IMG/VR virus record: IMGVR_UViG_3300028628_000030
Location: 1-27,555 of that record
Origin: a virus
Length of the DNA: 27,555 nt
Direction: 5' to 3' (one strand)
Shown: piece by piece, positions 1-6,570 of the stretch
How the letters are laid out: each line of letters opens with the position of its first letter
Numbering within the stretch: position 1 is the first letter of the stretch
Program-made: the position numbers and the translations under genes
Notes under the pieces: generated by a model
Told to the model about the DNA's origin: nothing
Seen by the model: only the letters and a program-made list of their open reading frames with translations
Database searches by the model: none

Positions 1-396
1 GACGACTGCCTGGACATCGTCAACGGAGGAGATGCCGCAGCGGTCGCCGCCGCCGGCGGGGAGAACCTCACCGGCCTCATCAAGCGGCAGATCGCCACGC
101 AGGGCTGGACCTACTTCGTCAGTGCCGGCGCCGGCTACTTCGTCCGGCAGGCTCACAGCGAGACCGACGCAGTCTATCTCTCCTCCGAGACCGGGCTCCT
201 CGAAGTCGTCCCGCAGGATGACGACCAGGAAGGCGAGGCTTACACCGTGAAGTGCATCCTCAACTGGAAGATCAAGGCCGACTCCCTCGTCCGGCTCGAC
301 TCCCGCGTCGTCCAGGGTGACTTCAAGGCCAAGACCTTCACGCACCGGCTCGCCGGCGACGACTACAGTACCGAGTGCGAGGTGGTCCCCATATGA
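1..396 (+). CDS. Baseplate hub-like tail protein, C-terminal part (5' truncated by window)
   Basis: Frame 1 is open from base 1 to TGA 394-396 (DDCLDIV...VYLSSETGLLEV...CEVVPI); the LSxxTGL motif and position just upstream of the spike gene fit hub proteins. Missing from the ORF track because it has no start in the window. Confidence 0.6.
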   Translation, partial: DDCLDIVNGGDAAAVAAAGGENLTGLIKRQIATQGWTYFVSAGAGYFVRQAHSETDAVYLSSETGLLEVVPQDDDQEGEAYTVKCILNWKIKADSLVRLDSRVVQGDFKAKTFTHRLAGDDYSTECEVVPI

Positions 397-926
397 ACCT
401 TGGCCAGGCCATCCTCACCGCCGCCACCCGGGCCGTCGACCGCGTCAACACCTGCCGGGTAGGGGTCCTCACCCAGGTCGACCTCCCCCGGCTGCGGTGC
501 AACGTCCTCCTCAAAGGACTCCTGCAGGGCCAGCAGGTCGAGCTCTTCGAGGTCCCGATCGCCGTCCAGGCCTACCACGGCTCGGCCCTCATCGTCGCGC
601 CGAAGGTGGGCGATATCGTCCTCGTCGCGTTCACCAAGCAGGACCTCGAGGAGCAACTCAAGACCCGTGACGTCGTCCCGGTCAACGAGCGCCACCAGTA
701 CAGCATCAACAACGCCGTCGTCATCGCCGGCCTCTACACCCTCGCCGACACCCCGCCCGCCGTCGGCGAAGACGAGGTCCTCCTCCACCACGTCTCCGGC
801 ACCGAATACCGGATCCGGCAGACCGGCGATATCGAGATCACCCACCATACCGGGGCCGGCATCACGATCACCGGCGAAGGCGCCGTCACCATCACCGCAA
901 CGTCCGTCGACTTCATGGAGCTCTGA
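393..926 (+). CDS. Baseplate central spike protein (gpV/gp5-like OB-fold plus short beta-helix)
   Basis: ATG 393 overlaps the previous stop (ATGA); PKVGDIVLVAF motif, N-A-V-V-I-A-G, then a beta-strand-rich C-terminus; followed by a PAAR gene. Confidence 0.75.
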   Translation: MNLGQAILTAATRAVDRVNTCRVGVLTQVDLPRLRCNVLLKGLLQGQQVELFEVPIAVQAYHGSALIVAPKVGDIVLVAFTKQDLEEQLKTRDVVPVNERHQYSINNAVVIAGLYTLADTPPAVGEDEVLLHHVSGTEYRIRQTGDIEITHHTGAGITITGEGAVTITATSVDFMEL

Positions 927-932
927 GGCACC

Positions 933-1259
933 ATGCCCCTCATCGCCGTCGACGGAGACTATGAGCCTTACTCCGACGCCCACGTCCCCCCGACCGGCGG
1001 CGGGGACAAGACCATCCCCGGCACCCTGCAGACCTTCGTCCGGATCGCCGGCAAGCCCGTCATCCTGCAGGGCCAGGAGTTCCCGACCGACTGCCCGATC
1101 TGCGACGCCACCTGCACCGCCGGCACCACCGGGGCAAGCCAGCTCGTCCGGATCAACGGCGTCCCGGTCTGCCGGGCAGGCGACGTCGGGGAGGACGGCG
1201 ACCACGACGGCCAGGGGATCCTCGTCACCGGGCAGGCCTTCGTCACCGACCACTCCTGA
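933..1259 (+). CDS. PAAR-like spike tip protein
   Basis: 108 aa; repeated VRIAGKPV / VRINGVPVCRAGD motifs, Cys/His residues, located directly after the spike gene. Confidence 0.75.
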   Translation: MPLIAVDGDYEPYSDAHVPPTGGGDKTIPGTLQTFVRIAGKPVILQGQEFPTDCPICDATCTAGTTGASQLVRINGVPVCRAGDVGEDGDHDGQGILVTGQAFVTDHS

Positions 1260-1271
1260 CCTCCCTTTTTA
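1256..1271 (+). promoter_or_regulatory. Late-promoter-like motif (CTGACCTCCC-TTTTT-A)
   Basis: Variant of the recurring CCGACYYTCC-T5-7-A motif; ATG 1295 lies 24 nt after the A. Confidence 0.5.
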
Positions 1272-1294
1272 TTCCGCTCCTCTGACCGCATAGT

Positions 1295-1657
1295 ATGTAC
1301 GGCAGGACGCTGCAGCTCACCCCCGACGGGGACCTGCTCAAAAGCTCGCTCAACCGGTTCGAGGAGATCACCGGCACCGCCAAGGTCGCCCAGGACCTGA
1401 CGGTCATCCTCCGGACCGTCAAGGGGTCATACCCCTTCAACACCGCGTTCGGCGTGGACTGGGTGGCCATCGCCCATAGCGGCTACAACCGCACGCTCAT
1501 CAACGCCGAGATCCGGACCGCCCTCCTCTCCCACCCGGCGGTCAAGACCGTCGACTCCCTGGAGATCAGCCGGGACACCCCCGCCCGGCACGCGACGATC
1601 ACGGCCACCGTCACCCTCTACGACGGCGACACAATCGCCCTGGAGGCTGATGTATGA
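1295..1657 (+). CDS. Baseplate wedge protein, gp25/gpW/XkdS-like
   Basis: 120 aa; QDLxxILRTxKGSYPFNTAFG motif, EIRTALLSHPAV; directly upstream of baseplate J. Confidence 0.7.
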   Translation: MYGRTLQLTPDGDLLKSSLNRFEEITGTAKVAQDLTVILRTVKGSYPFNTAFGVDWVAIAHSGYNRTLINAEIRTALLSHPAVKTVDSLEISRDTPARHATITATVTLYDGDTIALEADV

Positions 1658-2742
1658 CTGATTACGGCGTCACCCCTACGGGATTCGTACGAAAACCGTT
1701 CACAGCTATCCTGGCCGACTACGAGGCCCGGGCCCGGGCTGCTCTCGGCGACGATATCGACCTGCAGCCGCACTCCCCGTTCTATCAGTTGCTCGAGTCC
1801 GTCGCCTACGAGACCGCCCTGATCTGGGACCTCCTCGAGGACCTCTACTACAGCGGCTACGTCGACTTCGCCACCGGGGACAGCCTGGACCACCTCGTCG
1901 CGCTGCTAGGCATCCGCCGCAAGGCCGCCACCCCGGCAAGAGGGGCCGTCCTCTTCTCGCGCCCGGCCCCCGGCTCCACCCTCACCATCCCCGCCGGCAC
2001 CCGGGTGGCCACCCAGGACCTGACCCTCGTCTACCAGACCACCCAGACCGCCGACCTGACCGACCTCTCCATCTCGGTCCCCGTGATCGCCGTCGACCAT
2101 GGCGCCGCCGGCAACGTCGCCCCGGCCACCATCACCCGGCTCGTCGACCCCCTCTCCGGGATCACGGCCGTCGCCAACCCGGCAGCTACCTCCGGCGGCG
2201 CGGATGCGGAGACCGACCCCGAGCTCCACCTCCGTGCGATCACCTACTCCCCCTCCGCGAGGGGAACGCGGTACAGCATCGTGGCCGCGCTCACCGCCCT
2301 GGAGGGAGTCCAGGACGTTGCCCTCGACGAGAACTTCACCGCCTGCACGATCACCCTCACCGTCGTCGGCGGCGACGACGCCGAGATCGCCGCCACCCTC
2401 GAAGATACCCGGCCGGCAGGAATCCTGGCCACCTGGCAGCGGCCCACCCCGGTCAGCGTCGCCGTCACCGCGACCGTATCCCGAACCCCCTCGGCAGACG
2501 CCCCCACCGTCCAGGCCGGCGTGGAGGCCGCCGTCACGGCATACCTGGGCGGTCTCCCGATCGGGGACGACGTCATCTACTCCGACCTGGTCCGGACGGT
2601 CCTCGGTGTCGACGGCGTCAACGATATCCTCGCAATGTCCGCGACCGCCGGGTCCACGACCATCCAGCAGTTCGGGCAGACCCTGGTCATCCCCGCCGGG
2701 CAGAAAGCCTCTCCCGGACTCATCTCGATCACGGTGGTGTGA
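1654..2742 (+). CDS. Baseplate J-like protein
   Basis: 362 aa; ATGDSLDHL..GIRRK.AT.A.G, GAAGNV....I, GG.DAETD.EL motifs typical of Baseplate_J; ATGA overlap. Confidence 0.9.
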   Translation: MTDYGVTPTGFVRKPFTAILADYEARARAALGDDIDLQPHSPFYQLLESVAYETALIWDLLEDLYYSGYVDFATGDSLDHLVALLGIRRKAATPARGAVLFSRPAPGSTLTIPAGTRVATQDLTLVYQTTQTADLTDLSISVPVIAVDHGAAGNVAPATITRLVDPLSGITAVANPAATSGGADAETDPELHLRAITYSPSARGTRYSIVAALTALEGVQDVALDENFTACTITLTVVGGDDAEIAATLEDTRPAGILATWQRPTPVSVAVTATVSRTPSADAPTVQAGVEAAVTAYLGGLPIGDDVIYSDLVRTVLGVDGVNDILAMSATAGSTTIQQFGQTLVIPAGQKASPGLISITVV

Positions 2743-2745
2743 ACC

Positions 2746-3807
2746 ATGGACCCCGCTGACCGGATCCTCTCCTGCCTCTCCAGCGCCCTGAAACCCGGGG
2801 GCAACAATGCCCGGGTCGCCGAAACCCTTGCCGGAGAACTCGACGTCGCCCGCTCGACGGCCGCTGCGATCGACACCGTGCGGAACCCCGACCTCACGAC
2901 CGGGCGGACTCTTGACTACGTTGCGCAGATGTTCAACGTCGCCCGCACCTCCGGCGAGTCGGACGACAGCCTCCGGTCCCGCATCATGACCCAGATCAAG
3001 CGATACTACAGTTGCGGGACCCTCACGGACATCCGGGACGTCATCGAGTACTTCACCGGCCTGACCGGAGACCGGGTCCGGATCCGGGAACCTCCCGACG
3101 TCCACGAGGGATGGGGATACGGAGAAGGACGATATGGGTCTCTGCCCTGGGGCACCCCGCCCGCCATGTTCCGCATCGAGCTCCTCGGCGACGACCACAC
3201 CGCCATCATGCTCCCCGGTCTCGTGGCCGCCAGCGCGCTCGTCCGGGCCGCCGGCGTCTACGTCCAGGACCTGGTCGTCTACAGCACCCTGCAGGAAGTC
3301 CTCGTCGGCGCGGAAGGCTCGACCCTCTGGGACGTCCCCGCTCCCCTGCGCTCGGGCTACGGCACCTGTGGCTACGGCACCTGTGGCTACGGTGGCGTGT
3401 ATACGATCCGATCGACGGCAGAGGGAGCGGTTGACCTGCAGGTGAACGCCGAGGCCGCAGTAGTGGCCGGCATTCGTCATGGGCTCGGTTTCGGGCAGTT
3501 CCCATACGGCTGGGAAGGGTATGGAGGCCGGATTGACACCGCTACAATCGAGTATGACGTCCAGGGCGAGGCTCCCGTCGAGGTAACTGTCTCGACTGAC
3601 CACCAGATCCTCGTAGAGACGGTGCTCGGCTACGGTGCCGGCCGGCTCGGCACTGAGCCGTACGGATCGCGTGCGGGGTCCGTTGATGCCCTGGCAGGGA
3701 GCGCCGTCGACCTGGTCGTCGAACCGACCGCCGCGGTCACGGCGCAGGCGGCCAGTTACCTCGGCTACGGCGCCTGGCGCTATGGCCAGTACGAGTTCGG
3801 CTACTAA
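2746..3807 (+). CDS. Baseplate wedge protein (gpI/XkdU-like N-terminus) with Gly-Tyr-Gly motif blocks
   Basis: TGRTLDYVAQMFNVARxxGESDDSLRSRI motif, position after J; five GYG/GFG..YG blocks. Confidence 0.65.
   Translation: MDPADRILSCLSSALKPGGNNARVAETLAGELDVARSTAAAIDTVRNPDLTTGRTLDYVAQMFNVARTSGESDDSLRSRIMTQIKRYYSCGTLTDIRDVIEYFTGLTGDRVRIREPPDVHEGWGYGEGRYGSLPWGTPPAMFRIELLGDDHTAIMLPGLVAASALVRAAGVYVQDLVVYSTLQEVLVGAEGSTLWDVPAPLRSGYGTCGYGTCGYGGVYTIRSTAEGAVDLQVNAEAAVVAGIRHGLGFGQFPYGWEGYGGRIDTATIEYDVQGEAPVEVTVSTDHQILVETVLGYGAGRLGTEPYGSRAGSVDALAGSAVDLVVEPTAAVTAQAASYLGYGAWRYGQYEFGY
3355..3392 (+). repeat. 15-bp tandem repeat x2.5 (GGCTACGGCACCTGT, GYGTC)
   Basis: Two perfect units plus GGCTACGG, read directly. 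Confidence 0.85.
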
Positions 3808-3809
3808 CC

Positions 3810-3825
3810 CCGACTTTCCTTTTTA
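3810..3825 (+). promoter_or_regulatory. Late-promoter-like motif (CCGACTTTCC-TTTTT-A)
   Basis: 10-mer identical to the 23523 copy; ATG 3851 lies 26 nt after the A. Confidence 0.65.
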
Positions 3826-3850
3826 AACGGGCCATCCCGACCCTCTCTGC

Positions 3851-3961
3851 ATGTCTAACAACGCGAATGTATGTGTTTCCGTGGAATCGGAGGTAATCCA
3901 GTTCCGCGTCGACGCAGAAGGCAAGGAGGTGCCGCTCGATGGTCGGGAAGATCGTCACTAA
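3851..3961 (+). CDS. Small ORF, 36 aa (MSNNANVCVSVESEVIQFRVDAEGKEVPLDGREDRH)
   Basis: ATG at the promoter-motif distance; normal codon usage; overlaps the start of 3939..4307. Below the ORF-track cutoff. Confidence 0.5.
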   Translation: MSNNANVCVSVESEVIQFRVDAEGKEVPLDGREDRH

Positions 3962-4307
3962 CGCCGGCATCAATGAACTGCCCAAACTCCTGGCAGGGTC
4001 CGGCAGCAAGATGGGCTGGATCGCCGTCGGGACCAGCACCGTCAACCCGGCCGTCGGCGACACCGCGATGAAGGGTGAGGTCGCCCGCAAGGCCGCCACC
4101 TACTCGGTCAGTGGCGGCCAGGTGGTCTTCGAGGCCGTCTTCGCTCCCGGTGAGCTGGGCAGTGCCGTCATCACTGAGCTCGGGCTGCTCTCTGCAGCGT
4201 CTGGCGGCGTCCTCTACTACCGTGAGGTCCGGAACCCGCTCAGCTTCGACGCTTCGGTCGGCGCAGCGTTCAAGGTGAAGGCCTCATTCGCACGGGGGGC
4301 TGCCTGA
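3939..4307 (+). CDS. Tail collar/tail-fibre-associated protein
   Basis: GGAGGTG RBS; IVTNAG...IAVGT...P..GDT.M.GE..RK...ITELGL pattern typical of tail-collar fibre domains. Confidence 0.65.
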   Translation: MVGKIVTNAGINELPKLLAGSGSKMGWIAVGTSTVNPAVGDTAMKGEVARKAATYSVSGGQVVFEAVFAPGELGSAVITELGLLSAASGGVLYYREVRNPLSFDASVGAAFKVKASFARGAA

Positions 4308-4513
4308 TGCAGGTCAAACAGCAGATCCAGATTGACACCGCCGCCGGCCGGGAGGTCCTCGACGCGGATCGCTACGCCATCGTCGAGGAGACGTACGTCT
4401 TCCTCAGCGGCAACACGGTCGTCCGCACCGTGCCGATCGAGGACATCGTCGAAGAATACGACGAGGACGGCGACCAGACGAAGGGCATCGTCACCATCTA
4501 CTCCAGGACGTGA
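4307..4513 (+). CDS. Hypothetical acidic protein (68 aa)
   Basis: TGATG coupling to the upstream gene; typical codon usage. Confidence 0.6.
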   Translation: MQVKQQIQIDTAAGREVLDADRYAIVEETYVFLSGNTVVRTVPIEDIVEEYDEDGDQTKGIVTIYSRT

Positions 4514-4519
4514 TCTTGC

Positions 4520-5884
4520 ATGGCTACACCCAAATTCAACCTCGAAAAACCCGGGTTCGGCGATCTGGACTGGCACATCCCCCACAACCAGAATTTTGAC
4601 CGCATCGACGCTGCGCTCATCAACGTCATGGGCTCGCAGATCGGCGACCCGACCTACGATCTCAACCTGCGCTCGCCTGCGCTCCCGAACCGCGTGCTCC
4701 GCATCAAGGACGGCGGCGACACCCCGAACGACCTGGAGATCCACCAGGTCTGGATCCCGTTCTTCCGCAGCGCTGGCTTCACACAGCCGAACCTCAATGA
4801 CCTGATCCTCGGTGGGTTCTGGGTCGACAAGTTCCAGGCCTGCCAGCCGCTGGCAACGGCGACCTCCCGCGGCGGCCTGACCCCCAACAGCCCCGGTGCC
4901 GGCGTCGGCGCCGCGAGCAAACCCCACGTCGTCCCCTGGACGGACGTCTCGTGGAACACCGCCCGGGCCGCCCTCGAGAACCGTGGCGGCGCCGCGAACA
5001 AGTCCGCCTCCGGCACCCCGACCCCCTGCACGATGTACGCGACCGGCGACCACCCGAAGGCCGAGTTCCTCGTCGACAATATTGAGCACCTGGTCGGCCG
5101 GCGTGTCGAGATAGTTCAGGGCGGCACGACCTACTTCCGCCGGATTATCAAGGCCGGCAAGTTCGGCGAGGCCAAGTATGTCCGGGTCTTCCCGGAGCTC
5201 CCGGCGACCATCACCACCGACGACACCTACACCATTGTCGGCCACCACATGATCACCCCCGACGAGCAATTCGCCCTGGCCGCCTGGGCGATGACGTTCC
5301 GCTACCGGCATGGATTGCAGTACCCCAAGGGCAACAACGACTACGGCAAGGACATCGGGGACACGCGCGCGATCGAGTATGAGGGGCTAACTGACCCGGT
5401 GCTCGCCGGCGACGCGACCCACGAGAAGCGCCGGTGCCTGACCGGGTCCGGACCGCTCAGTTGGTCCTTGAACGGCCGTGCCGATGGGGTCTGGGACCTC
5501 AATGGTAACGTCTGGGAGTGGAACTTCCAGCAGATCGTCTCCGATGGGGTCAACCTCTCGATTGCCCCGGGATACCCCGGTGCCGGAACTATCGTCACTC
5601 CGCCTGGCACCACCGGGCAGCGGATCACAGCGATGTACGACGCCGACACCCCCGTCGACGGCCTCTCCCTGAACCCGGACATCTGCCTGCCGACGGGGGT
5701 AACCAGTGGCGGATCCGCAGAGTTCGGGAACGACGGATGCTGGTGGAAACTGGATGCGGCCACCTATGCTGCCCTACGGGGCGGGTATTGGTACGGCGGC
5801 CTCGGCATCGGGGTGTGGGCCGTGTTTCTGTACTACTTCCCCACGCATACGGACTACAACGTCGGGTTCCGCGGCGCATTCTGA
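4520..5884 (+). CDS. DGR target: tail fibre/receptor-binding protein with C-terminal CLec (FGE-sulfatase-like) fold
   Basis: N-terminal MATPKFNLEKP..DW..P.NQNFDRID tail-fibre anchor; GFWVDKFQA, PWTDVSW, DLNGNVWEW, ALRGG.W and VGFRG motifs of CLec/FGE-fold DGR targets; its 3' end is the VR. Confidence 0.9.
   Translation: MATPKFNLEKPGFGDLDWHIPHNQNFDRIDAALINVMGSQIGDPTYDLNLRSPALPNRVLRIKDGGDTPNDLEIHQVWIPFFRSAGFTQPNLNDLILGGFWVDKFQACQPLATATSRGGLTPNSPGAGVGAASKPHVVPWTDVSWNTARAALENRGGAANKSASGTPTPCTMYATGDHPKAEFLVDNIEHLVGRRVEIVQGGTTYFRRIIKAGKFGEAKYVRVFPELPATITTDDTYTIVGHHMITPDEQFALAAWAMTFRYRHGLQYPKGNNDYGKDIGDTRAIEYEGLTDPVLAGDATHEKRRCLTGSGPLSWSLNGRADGVWDLNGNVWEWNFQQIVSDGVNLSIAPGYPGAGTIVTPPGTTGQRITAMYDADTPVDGLSLNPDICLPTGVTSGGSAEFGNDGCWWKLDAATYAALRGGYWYGGLGIGVWAVFLYYFPTHTDYNVGFRGAF
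5767..5877 (+). repeat. DGR variable region (VR)
   Basis: 111-nt ungapped match to 6285-6395 with 17 mismatches, 15 opposite TR adenines; ends in invariant TCGGGTTCCGCGGCGC (IMH-like). Confidence 0.95.
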
Positions 5885-5937
5885 GCATCTGGAGGCCTGA
5901 CACTCTGACATCTGACCTTAAAAATCTGAAAATCTAC
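5880..5937 (+). repeat. TCTGA-type short repeat cluster downstream of VR
   Basis: TCTGA at 5880, 5904, 5911, 5925; variants TCTGG 5888, CCTGA 5897, TCTAC 5933. Confidence 0.7.
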
Positions 5938-6249
5938 CAGAAGGCTCGGGACCTGGCGGTCCTCATCTTCCCGGTGACGGACCGCTACCCCAAGCCGCAG
6001 CAGTACGGAGGCCTGGCCTCCGAGCTGCGGCAGGCAACGCTGGACCTGCTCAAGACGATCGCCGCGGTCAACGAGTCTCACAGCCGGCTGCTGCACGAAG
6101 CTATCGACGCCGACCTGCGGCAGATCGGCCTGATGCTCGACCTGGCCACAGACCTCAAGTACATGACGCCGGACCAGCGCGACGCGCTGCGGATCCGGAT
6201 CGACGAGATCGGACGCATGAACGGAGGGTGGATGAAGACGGCCGCATAG
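5905..6249 (+). CDS. avd: DGR accessory variability determinant (four-helix bundle), probable CTG start
   Basis: LKIYQKARDL...RYPKPQQYGGLASELRQ...EIGRMNGGWMK matches the Avd/23S-IVP four-helix family; lies between VR and TR; GGAGG 5891-5895 is 9 nt before in-frame CTG 5905. The start is inferred. Confidence 0.85.
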   Translation: MTSDLKNLKIYQKARDLAVLIFPVTDRYPKPQQYGGLASELRQATLDLLKTIAAVNESHSRLLHEAIDADLRQIGLMLDLATDLKYMTPDQRDALRIRIDEIGRMNGGWMKTAA

Positions 6250-6570
6250 GCCGTCCGACACTGCGGGCCGGGTCCGGAACCCCTTGCTGCCCTACGGGGC
6301 GGGAATTGGAACAACGGCCTCAACAACGGGGTGTGGGCCGTGAATCTGAACAACGTCCCCACGAACACGAACAACAACATCGGGTTCCGCGGCGCGCAAT
6401 ACCCTCAACGGCACAGACGGTTGCGACCACGGTTGCGCCGTCGCCGATTGATGGTACAGGACCCGGATCCCGCCGCCACATCGGCGAAAAATCCAGCCCG
6501 TGAGGGGGAGCCAGTAGGCGAGGATCGCCGACCCCTCCGCCTCATTTTACTTTTACCAGGAGTTGATACC
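6250..6570 (+). ncRNA. Putative DGR template RNA region (5' leader, TR, 3' spacer)
   Basis: Region between avd and RT; hairpins 6471-6486 and 6502-6537; CCGGGTCC (6268-6275) is complementary to GGACCCGG (6459-6466). Boundaries unknown. Confidence 0.6.
6285..6395 (+). repeat. DGR template region (TR)
   Basis: 28 adenines, including 12 AAY codons in the VR reading frame; 111-nt match to VR. Confidence 0.95.

Noticed and set aside
5518-5904. N-terminal extension of Avd given by ORF 5518..6249
   Set aside because: It overlaps the target gene and the hypermutable VR in another frame and is Arg/Pro-rich shadow sequence; Avd similarity begins near 5905.
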